Part shown: positions 10,733 to 21,300 of the stretch, piece after piece
Layout of the letters: the number at the start of each line of letters is the position of its first letter
Position numbering within the stretch: the first letter of the stretch is position 1
Source: Octopus bimaculoides
Lineage: Eukaryota
Assembly (NCBI RefSeq): GCF_001194135.2
Contig: NC_068992.1
Span: 43,934,049-43,966,860, forward strand
Reading direction: 5' to 3'
DNA: 32,812 bases
Position numbers and translations under genes: made by a program
The notes under the pieces: model-generated
Database searches by the model: none
Seen by the model: the letters and a program-made list of their open reading frames with translations, nothing else
What the model was told of the DNA's origin: nothing

Positions 10733-13700
10733 CTTTCATTACAATGAGAGGTTGTTGTTATTGAGAGACAAATACAGCGAGAGAGAGAGAGTGTATGTGT
10801 GAAATATAGATAGATATCATTATACTAATTTGCAAGCTTTGACTGAAAGCACGAATAAGAGATACAATCAAGCAATGAGATGCACAGTTATTCTAAACAG
10901 AGGAAGCGTCCAATAAGCCAGCAAGTATGGTATACTGTTAGTAATAATTTAACCTTAAAAAGTGTGAAAAAGTATATATTGCATGAAAAAAACCATAAAG
11001 TCGTAGATGATATTTACAATTCCCCGAATATAAGGTGGTTTCTGTGAACAAATATTAGTTCCACGAATAAGCAGGGGTACACTATATGCAAAAGAAGTTT
11101 GCCAGTGTCCTGTGATGTGAGGACCAGAGACCTAAGAAGTTCTGGACTGCAAGACAGTGTGTCTGAGAACATTGTAATGGTATGGGAGAGAAGCATGTTT
11201 GGATTGTTGATGGTACATTTATACTTGGTGATTCTACTATGAAAGACTGCTAAATGTGGAGAATGTATGGGAGAAGGAGAATCTTTCTAAAGTGGACCCA
11301 ACTGAAGGACCAGCTATCTAAGTTGACAGTAGCATGACCCTGATCATCATTGTTTAACGTAGGACGGTTGACAGGAGCCAACCACATAGAAGACTACCCC
11401 AAGATACTGTGTCTATTTTGGCAGGGTTCTTACAGCTGGATGCCCTTTCTAACGTCAACCACTCTGCAGAGTAGACTCAATGCTTTTTATGTAACACTAG
11501 CACAGGCGAGGTTAGTTTTGGCATGATTTTTACAGCTGGATGCCCTTCCAAATGCCAACCACTTTACAGTGTGGGCTGGATGCTTTTTATATGGCACCAG
11601 TACTGGCAGGGTCACCAAGTAACTTGCAAGACAAGGAATTTTGAGAGAGGCAGGGTATTTGAGGAAGGGAACTTGTGTCAGATGATGAAAGGTTAGAGTG
11701 ATAGAAGGCAAAGAAAGCCACTGGCCCATCAGGAATTACTGCCGAGATGCTTAAATATCTGGCAGATGGGATATGGCCTACTTACCTGTATAGTTAATCA
11801 GGTTGTTCAGGAAGGAGTCATACCCAATGACTGGCACAGTGACATTATAGCAAACTGCTACAAAGGTAAAAGTAATGCCTTAGAAGTAATTATAGAAGCA
11901 TCAAATTGTTGGATCAAGTCATGAAAGCTACAGACTTTCAAATCTCGCTATGATCAACTTTTATTCTTCAAGGGTCAATAAAGTAAAGTACCAGTCAGAA
12001 AAAGAATTGATCATCATTGATTATATTCTCTCCATAAAGTTTGAGGCCTTAATCAGAAATCAACATTGATGTTTTATGTTTTTCTCAATAGTTTACAAAT
12101 GACATACCTTTAATAGCCCAGATTCTATTCTTATCATTTTTTAACTGCCATAAAACATCACCATTCTCAAATGTTTCACTTGATACGAACACTTCAAGCT
12201 TGGCAATTGTTAGTCCACATTCTAAAACAGAAGTTGAAAAAAGTAGAAGTGAAATTTTGGGTAAAAGGAACAGGCATGTTAACACATGGATAAATGTGCA
12301 ACTTCATTTTAATTTCTAAGCAGGTTTAGTTAAGCTATGAAACTCAAACAACCACATTTTAAGAAATTAAGATAATTGATCAAACCCTGGAAGAGCAACA
12401 GGAAAAACTATTTATTTTTTGCAATGACTGCTTGTAGGAGTTGCAAGGTGAAGTTTATTACAATATATACTAGTATTTATGCTTATGTTTCAAAGGGATT
12501 CTTTGTTTATTATTGCAGCTAAGGAGACATAACTATCCTTAGTTCATGCAGTTTATCTTGAATTTGACAGGAATTTGACAGCTGGTTAATTCTTGGTAGT
12601 CTTTATTTAGCATCTAACAGTTTGCCAACATGGAAATTGATTAAGTGAGGAGGAGGAGGCAGGGAATTGATTGCTTAGTATTAATGCAATAAATACAAAG
12701 TTTGAAAACTTAAATGCTATAGTATGTCGCAGCAATACTTGAAATAAAGAATGGCATGTTAATAGTAAATATGTGAGAAAAAATTATAAGATGTCAGGAA
12801 AGAATGCTAAATGGACATTGGTGCATGATTGTAAGAGGTAGGTTTAAATACAATCTATGATAACTTTATTAGGCTTTTTGTGATTGCTATGTGATAAGTG
12901 ACTAATAAGTTGTTGCTAAGTACACACATTTAGAAAATGAATACATTGATTACACAAATCATACTAGATTATTTTGAAAAGCAATAGTGGTAGTATTTGT
13001 TTTATATTTACAAACATCATTTACAAGCCAAACTAAAATAAACTTCTCTCACTAAACTTTTAAAAATCCAATCAAATTTGATTAAAATCTAAATAGTAAT
13101 ATGAAGCAATATAGAGTTGAGAAGTTTCCCAGCTAATATAGATAAATTTACAACAACCCAATTGGACAAGTAAAACTATCATTAAAAGTTAGCTTATCAG
13201 AAACAACAATAATGATAGCAACATACAGTCCTCCCACTTGTAAGAAAATATGCTTCAAAATAAACAAGCCATTCAAAATCTCAGCTATTTTAAATTTTCA
13301 TTGATATCCATCAACAAAAAAAGACAATTTCTTGATTTGTGTCCTGGAATTATAAAGGAATCCAAACATTCCTGATCTAAAGTGTGTTTATAAAAGGACA
13401 GGAAAGACGGATGTGTCTTTACAAAGTAGAATGGATGTAATTTCTTTTGTGATCTCTACAGCTGTAAGGATCATAAGTTATAACAGAATAGGGTACTCAG
13501 ATTATAATATCAAATAGATACACAGTAGAGTTATGATACAAAACTACAGTTCTAGTTGTTTTGACTAACATGAAGAACATAATAAAATTAGACATAAAAA
13601 CATTTCTATTTGAAGCAAAAGTAATGCCAGCTAATATAGATGTTTCAACAACTATCCATTAAGTAAAATATCAATAAAAATCAACTTACCTGAAACATCA

Positions 13701-16293
13701 AATTTCCAACTCACTTCACCAAATTCACAACCTTCAACTCGAGATAAGTAAACCTTTTTCCAATCATTTTCTTCTTTGCGAAAAATATCTTTATAAGAGA
13801 ATAGTAGCGATTGCCAACAATGAATTTCTGATTTACTAGAATAAGGGCGATAATAAATATCGTTGGCACAGCTATATTTCACATACAAGCATTTAGATTG
13901 CTGTTCTGCTTTATCTGGTTTAAAAATATAAGGTGTGTGCTTCTTTGTTTCACCACGCTGAAGGCGCCAAGCCAAAGATCCAGTTGTTCTGCCTTGTAAT
14001 TCATCAGACTTGGGTGTTCTATGAGATGAGAATTCAGTAAGTTCTTTGGTAAATCTAGATGTTATTAATTCTTTCCTTTCTTGTGATAAATGAAGACTCT
14101 GCTCTGTTCGTATTTTTTCCAAAGTTTGTTGGAGCCATTTTTCACTTACTTTTGTTCTTTTCTGTTTAACTTTCTCATGTTGAACAGAATATCGCCAAGT
14201 TACATCTTGAGTATCATCTCTTGAGAACCCAATAATGTAGCTGATCTCAACCTTCCATCCTGCTTCATACAATAAAGGTTTATCACAAACATTTTCACAT
14301 GGATCACAATGGAGCCAACGATCTTGACATTCTGAAAAAACCTCAGTCCACACATGGTCTGTCCAGCTAACCACAAGACGAGCTTCAAATCCCATGGCCC
14401 TACAACATAATGTAAAGCAATTTGCCCATTCACCACATCTACCTTGTCTGGTTTCAAGCAATTTTTCAGGACTATTATACCTAGGGAACCGAGTAATAAC
14501 ATTGCATAAAGGGCATGAATATAATTCCACATTTCCAGCTTCCCAGTAGCTTTCTTCTTTGTTAGGATGATCAGAACCAACAGCTATGACATCTTTACAA
14601 CTGCAGAATGTACACGATTGCTTGTCAACCCATTTGAAGAATTTATTTTTGAACCAATCCAAGAGAACAATAAGTAGACAATCTTCCAAACTAACTGCAT
14701 AAGAACTTTCAGCATCACAAATTGACTCTAACTTTATTTTGGCTTCTTCCTTCAGTTCTGCTGTTGGGATTATTTGACGTGCTTTGTTTAGTAGACTAAA
14801 TTTTTCATACTGCCGTACTTTTTTCCCGTACATTAAAAGTCTGGAATAAAAAAATTCCTCATTCTGAAAATAAAAAATAAATTTATTTATAAAATTTATG
14901 AAACTTTCCTAAGAAAATATAAATTTAACACGAGATTAAGATGACAATATTCTGTCATATAGATCAGTTCAACCCACCCCAACATAAAAACTAAAATAAA
15001 GATTAATCTGCCAATAAGGATTATAATGACATGGACAGTGATTACAAAAGTGATGATGATGTTAATGTTTGAGAATGTACACTGATATTTAAGTTTGTAT
15101 AGTCTGGTACTTTAAGTATCTACTACATGTTTTAAAGAATTTCTATTTAGCTATGATTAAAATGGTATCACTGTTTAATTAAATATACAGCTAGAACAAA
15201 TAAAAAACCCTCAATAGGGTTACTTGAAGTAGCAGCTAAATCTATTTTGAATCATATAAAATCATATTTGAAAAACACTAAATATGCTATTCCTCAATAT
15301 AAGATGGGACAGCCACAGTTGTAAGGTCTTTGATCACATGTCTTCTCAATAGCAGTTGATTTAAAACTACTCAACAACAACAAACATACAGCCATAAGCT
15401 GACTTAGTTCCAGTGATCATATGCTTAACAAGTGATTCAGATAAAACTAGCAAAAATAATGTGAATAAACAAAATAACAAATGCCTGTTGATCCTGTGAA
15501 CAACAGTTTATGTACCGTTTGCTGAGCTATACTTGTTATTGACTGTTTTGGTTCAGATGGATTTTGGAATGAACTTGTCACTTGTTTGGGTTCATTTTCT
15601 GCCAACACAGATTTTTCCTCTGATTTCATATCTGTCTTCATTATATTTTCAATATACTTTTGAATTCTTATCAAATCAAATAGCATGTCTGATTCAGGTA
15701 AAGTAAGAAATTCATCATCCTGCAAAAAATTAAAAGAAAGCATTTCTTGTTGTTTATGTAATCAGATAGTTCATGTATGAAAGGGTGTATATATATATAT
15801 ATAACATTTAAAACTGATCGTTTATATTTTAACAATGGTTTACTTCACACAACACAAAGCCTAAAAGGATTGACAATCTTCAACAGCATGTCCATCTTCT
15901 TGATTTACCAACATTTTAAATTGAGTAACCCTTCATTTATGCCCACATTTCTACTGTCTCAAACACAATGGATTCTTTTCTACCCAGGACAGCACAGCAG
16001 AAGTAGCAACAACTATAAAGGCAAAGATACTCTGTAGAGAGGTAAATATAGAGGCATCAAATTGATGAATTAGATTATGAAAGCTAATGAAAGACTAATG
16101 AAGCACAATTGATTAGGTTAAAGTCAGTTAGACAAGATAAGGCAAGTTTATGCAAAGACAGAATACAACAAATGTTTTCTTGGTGGGACAACCGCAGAAG
16201 TACTTAGCTGGAAGTAAGCCCTACACTCAGCATTCATAAACATGGAGAGTGCTTTGGCCGGATTTTGTGCTTTGTAGCATAGGGTTCACAACG

Positions 16294-16341
<48 letters not shown>

Positions 16342-17725
16342 GTGCATGCCATGTACATTCCTTTCACATGTATATATAGATGCATATCCGGGTACAGGAC
16401 GTAAAAAAAAAACAAAAACGTGGACTAAAAAGGAACGGGAACATAAACAAAGCACAAAAAACGGATTGTCTGTAAAAAAAAAAGTCCGTTTTTTGTGCTT
16501 TGNNNNNNNNNNNNNNNNNNNNNNNNNNNNNNNNNNNNNNNNNNNNNNNNNNNNNNNNNNNNNNNNNNNNNNNNNNNNNNNNNNNNNNNNNNNNNNNNNN
16601 NNNNNNNNNNNNNNNNNNNNNNNNNNNNNNNNNNNNNNNNNNNNNNNNNNNNNNNNNNNNNNNNNNNNNNNNNNNNNNNNNNNNNNNNNNNNNNNNNNNN
16701 NNNNNNNNNNNNNNNNNNNNNNNNATATATATTTATATATATGTATGTGTGTATATATATATGGTATAATTAATAGAGCAGACAGTAAACTGTTGTCATT
16801 ATTAGTACGCAGTTTCGAATGTCGGAGCGATGAGCTACGATACAATCTCGTCGGCTCTCTTTTACTTGTTTCAGTCCTTTGACTGCGGCCATGCTGGAGT
16901 ACCACCTTTAGTCGAGCATATCGACCCTGGGACTTATTCTTTGTAAGCCTAGTACTTATTCTATCGGTCTCTTTAGTCGAACCGCTAAGTGACGGGGACA
17001 TAAACACACCAGCAATGCTAGGGAAACAAACACAGACACACACACATATATATATATGGTAATCTTCAAGTTTAGTGGGATAAAAAAAAAAAATTCAAGG
17101 GAAATAACTGAACGACTTACCAGTATTATCCGTTTTCTTCTAGCTGTTTATAAATAAATCACACCATAACCCTAACGTCAATCAAATCACGTGTGTGATT
17201 TATTTATAAACAGAGATGTACGGAGAATAGTGGTAAGACGTTCAGTTACTTCCCTTGAATATTTTTTTTTATCCCCCTAAACTTGAAGATTATATACATA
17301 TATATATATATATATACATATATACGACGGGCTTCTTTCGGTTTCCGTCTACCAAATCCACTCAGAAGGCTTTGGTCGGCCCGAGGCTATAGTAGAAGAC
17401 GTTTGCCCAAGATGCCACGTTAACGTTCTTTTGCTTTTATACATATTATATACATATATGAAAGTACCAAGCATATAAAAGGAAATAGAAAAAAGCTAAC
17501 CTCTTGGAAGCCCATTGCTAATAGACAGTTAAAAGCTCCGTCAACAGGCAAGATTTTTTCTTGTACAATCTGGTTCCCGATACGAAGGCGACGGTATTTC
17601 TTCTCCCCAGGGTTGTCTGTTATATTCTTACAAATCCTAAGTAAAACACGGAATGTATCATCAACCACGCTTTGTGGATTGTCACATATGTCGTTTAAAA
17701 AGTCATAATTATATCCATGTGCCAT
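9675..17725 (-). CDS. NGLY1: Peptide:N-glycanase (PUB + transglutaminase-like core + PAW), 5 coding exons, 627 aa
   Basis: Exons (minus strand) 17725-17501, 15719-15516, 14863-13690, 12221-12108, 9841-9675, phases consistent (1884 nt). PUB domain (KYRRLRIGN, LLAMGFQE), Zn motifs CTFC/CPLC, catalytic triad RQGRCGEWANCF / TDHVWTEV / WLHCDPCE, and PAW C-terminus GGQGDVAWQHAQLFRQ. Confidence 0.96.
10561..10649. repeat. 89-nt hairpin (37-bp stem, 35/37 matches, 15-nt loop) derived from RTE sequence
   Basis: Arms 10561-10597 and 10613-10649; the left arm matches RTE copy 21110-21147. Confidence 0.9.
10650..10728. repeat. (TA)n microsatellite
   Basis: About 39 uninterrupted TA units. Confidence 0.97.
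11345..11935. mobile_element. RTE-family 3' end (-, 11345-11700) abutting an RTE RT N-terminal fragment (+, ~11705-11935)
   Basis: Tail homology to 9135-9310. Plus-strand KAKKATGPSGITAEMLKYL...VIPNDWHSDIIANCYKGK is RTE RT domain 0/1. Confidence 0.65.
16299..16339. repeat. (GA)n microsatellite
   Basis: About 20 GA units. Confidence 0.97.
16503..16724. other. Assembly gap (222 N)
   Basis: N run flanked by an inverted repeat and a TA-rich tract. Confidence 0.99.
16855..17045 (+). mobile_element. SINE-like interspersed repeat body (family B)
   Basis: TTTACTTGTTTCAGTC...GACTGCGGCCATGCTGGAG...GAACCGCTAAG...GGGGACATAAACACACC ending in (CA)n. Its 3' end resembles 1480-1505; recognised as an abundant octopod repeat. 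Confidence 0.55.
17061..17291. repeat. ~230-bp imperfect palindrome (fold-back/MITE-like) in NGLY1 intron
   Basis: Arms 17061-17164 and 17193-17291 are reverse complements along their length; 28-nt loop; TA repeats on both flanks. Confidence 0.9.
17325..17419 (-). mobile_element. SINE family A, 3' half
   Basis: Reverse complement of GTGGCATCTTGGGCAAACGTCTTCTACTATAGCCTCGGGCCGACCAAAGCC...AAAGAAGCCCGTCG. Confidence 0.8.
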
Positions 17726-17839
17726 ATTAAACTTTGGTAGATATGTATCAGCTATAAAATAAAGCAGAAAAATCAAGAGTTTTGAAGTTATAAATATATA
17801 ATACACATCAAGATTTTAGAAGCGTCAGTATATGATTAC

Positions 17840-17936
17840 GTTTAACGTTTAGGTTAAACTATGTCAAGGGACGTAATTCTATTTTACTCTTTACAGCCCC
17901 GCCCCCTTCGATTTATTTGTCACATTTCACAGGAAG
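17840..17936. promoter_or_regulatory. Putative core bidirectional promoter for NGLY1 and BNIP1, with GC box
   Basis: ATGs at 17725 (-) and 18344 (+) diverge about 620 bp apart. GC box CCCCGCCCCC at 17897-17906 in otherwise AT-rich DNA. Candidate 5'UTR introns on both sides (minus 17839-17752; plus 17937-18310). TSS not observable. Confidence 0.45.
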
Positions 17937-17953
17937 GTAATACATTTCATAGT

Positions 17954-18071
17954 GGAGGCGCAATGGCCTAGTGTTAGGGCAGCAGACTCGCGGTGATAGG
18001 ATCGCGGTTTCGATTCCCAGACCAGGCGTTGTGAGTGTTTATTGAGTGAAAACACCTAAAAGCTCCACGAG
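17954..18071 (+). mobile_element. tRNA-derived SINE head (not a functional tRNA)
   Basis: A box TGGCCTAGTGTTAG and B box GGTTTCGATTCC, but the acceptor stem does not pair and the sequence continues into a SINE-type body. Confidence 0.65.
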
Positions 18072-18343
18072 ACATCTAAAAGCAAACTTCGTTTGTTTAT
18101 TTACGTTTGTCGTAATTTGAATTCAAATATTTTCAAAATTTTATTTTGCTTGTAATTGTGCAAAGTTTATGCGGAAAAAGAAGAGCAACACTCTTAAATT
18201 CGTTTTTGGATTTGGTTTGCAAGATTCTTTATGTGAATTCCTCAGACACAACAGAATCTAAAATTCCCTATTTAAGAAGTTCGCTTTTAAGATACGGAAT
18301 ATTATTTTAGAGGGAGAATAAGTTCACCTTACACCGGTTAAAA

Positions 18344-21300
18344 ATGGAAGCCGAAGACGTCCACGTAAAAATATGTTTACAAGAAATCGTGAAACTTGAT
18401 CTAGAAGTTCAAGCGTTAATACAGGTATAAATATTTGATTTCTTTGACACCGCACAAGGTCCGTTTGTGTCGGAGAGGTGGAAAAATGGCTAGTTTAAAG
18501 CCATTTTTCTAAAGGTATTAATGGTAAATGTGAACTTGTGTCGCACCTGCAGAATCCTCATAGCATCAGGCAAAGTGCTATGTTGTGCTTCTACTGGAGT
18601 CAACCTTACTTTTCATCCTTCTGAAGTTGATTGAAATGGAACCAATCAAGGGCGATCTGGTATTCCTACAGATGTAGGTAAACTTTGATCCTTTCACCCG
18701 TACGATATTCACTAAGAAAAAACAAAAAAAAAACTCGGATACGGAAAAGGCCGATATTTCGTACTGGTATCGAAAGATCGCCATAGCTGCATAACTTTGA
18801 TATGAGGCACAATTTCAAGAATATTATCAGTTTTGTAATATAAAAAATAATCAGGATAATTGCTTTGTCTTTAGATGTTATAATGAAACTTGGAAAAGGA
18901 AGGAAAGTTAAAACTTTGAATTGTTTTGAAAAATTTCTAATTCAATGATTTTTGTTGATAAGTTTTATTTTGCAGGATATCCGAGAATATGAGACTACAA
19001 GTTTATCAAAGATTACTGGTGATGGAGACTTTGTAAGTTTTTGGTTTTTATTCTTTCATTTGAGCAGTTTATTTAGCTTTGTATATCTAGACAATATTTG
19101 CCAAAATTTATACTGTGAATGTTGTAATAAATATTAATTTGTGTAATAAGTATGCTACAGGTTCACTTTAGCATACAAGAGCTGAAGGTGATTGATGACT
19201 TGAAGGTATATGAAATATCTTTTAATACATATATGAAGTAGAGTTTAGTTAACATATTGGAAATAAGTTTAAGAAAGTTATTACTTTTTTATGTTTATGA
19301 ATTTGTGTTGCAAGATTCCTGATGTGAAGTCTTGTGTTGAAACAGATATTGTTGTATATCAGGCACAGGAGTGGCTGTGTGGTAAGTAGCTTGCTTACCA
19401 ACCACATGGTTCTGGGTTCAGTCCCACTGCGTGGCACCTTGGGCAAGTGTCTTCTGCTATAGCCTCAGGCCGACCAAAGCCTTGTCAGTGGATTTGGTAG
19501 ACGGAAACTGAAAGAATCCCGTCGTGTATATGTATATATGTGTGTTTGTGTTTATCACCCCCAACATCACCTGACAACTGATGCTGGTGTGTTTACGTCC
19601 CTACAGAAATACATAACCAAAGATAACCTCTGTACTTGGCTTTTGTTGATTTGGAGAAAGCCTTTGACAGATTGCCCTGATCTCTTATCTGGTGGAATTG
19701 TAACTGAATGATGAATAAGAATGGCTGGACACATACTAAGACTACCAGAGAAGAGGCTTGCCGAAACAGCCATGGGCTAGATGCTGCTGAAAAGTAAGAA
19801 GAAAAGAAGCTGGCCAATGAAGATCTGGCATAGTACCTTCAAAGAAGACCTATGTAGACTGAACATCACCTGGGAAGAAGCATACTGGTTGGCCAGAGAC
19901 AGAAATAATAGAGGACAAAGTCCACTTGATTACATTGATGGTATCGACAGAGACAACAGCATGAAATTGAGAACAGATTCTTGGTACTGTATGGCAAAAT
20001 ACATCATGGTTGTAGGTACTTGAAGAAATGTGATTAAAAAAAATTGATTTAATAGTCACTCAAAATAGGCTAAAGAATACAGAAGGCAAACAATTAGATT
20101 AGGTGTTTGAAAGTTGGACATCATAGATAATATGATTCAGGCTAATAGAACATTAAGTTCCCTTTTTGGGGAAACTAGTTCCACCGTTTGTACAAGCAAG
20201 GACAGAAAATCTAAAATTGATGATGATAATGGAAGTAGTGTTCTGATATTATTATTATTATTATAGTAAAATGTTTAAAACCCCTCTTTTAATTACTGTT
20301 TTAAATAGAACTCCAAAACTCCTACCTTACTTTCTCTGGAGGAACTAAATTTACTTGCAAATGATAAGCTTACCAAGCTGAGAAGTAAAATCAAAGTAAG
20401 TATTCTTATGATAGTACATTTATTAAATGTTTTTCTTATTTTTAGTAAAGAGATACCATTTTTTAATGACATAATTCTGAATTTTACAAAATATATTGGC
20501 ACAGGCCTGGCTCTGTGGTTAAGAAATTTATTTTGCAACCACATGGCTTAGGTTTCTAATTTAGAATGAAATACTTTGTTAAAGACAATGTATTGCATAG
20601 TGTAATAGCTGAAAGAAACAAAAACCTTGCAAAAAAAAAACCATGTGCAATTGACAGTCCTAGTTGGCTGTTGTTGCAAGAGTCTACACACAATCAACAA
20701 ATCTGCAAGAATACTTGGCAATGAAAGACGAACCCAATCACCATATTCTTTCACATACCAAGACAACAAAAAATGCAGCAGTCATTTTCTTAGCATTTCA
20801 TTCCAAAACTGTGTTCCCTTTGTAAGCAATCATAAGTCTATTTTACATTATGTATTGTTTAATAATTGGTCTCACTTGGCTTGCCGGGTTTTCTCAAGCA
20901 CAGCATATTTCCAAAGGTCTCAGTCACTAGTCATTGTTTCGGTGAGGCCTAATGTTCGGAGGTCGTGCTTCACCACCTCATCCCAGGTCTTCCTGGGCCT
21001 GCCTCTTCCACAGGTTCCCTCAACCGCTAAGGTGTGGCACTTTTTCATGCAGCTATCCTCATCCATTCTTGCCACATGACCATACCAGCGCAGTTGTCTC
21101 TCTTGCACACCACATCTGATGCTTCTTAGGTCTAACTTTTCTCTCAAGGTACTTAAACTCTGCTGAGTGTGCACACTGACATTACACATCCATCGGAGCA
21201 TAATGGCTACGTTCCTTGCAAGCTTACGCATGTCCTCAGCACTCACAGCCCATGTTTCACTACCATGTAGCATGGCTGTTCGTACACATACGTCATACAG

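Noticed and set aside
11014-11196. Minus-strand ORF as a candidate NGLY1 exon
   Set aside because: Exons 12221-12108 and 9841-9675 join in phase and give a complete PAW domain without it.
14200-14580. 126-aa minus-strand ORF inside NGLY1
   Set aside because: Alternative frame of the NGLY1 core exon with no recognisable motifs.
16234-17043. Long ORFs spanning the second gap
   Set aside because: Artefacts of X translation and GA/TA repeats.
17954-18030. tRNA-like sequence with A and B boxes
   Set aside because: The acceptor stem does not pair and there is no clean anticodon arm; it continues into a SINE body, so it is annotated as a SINE head.
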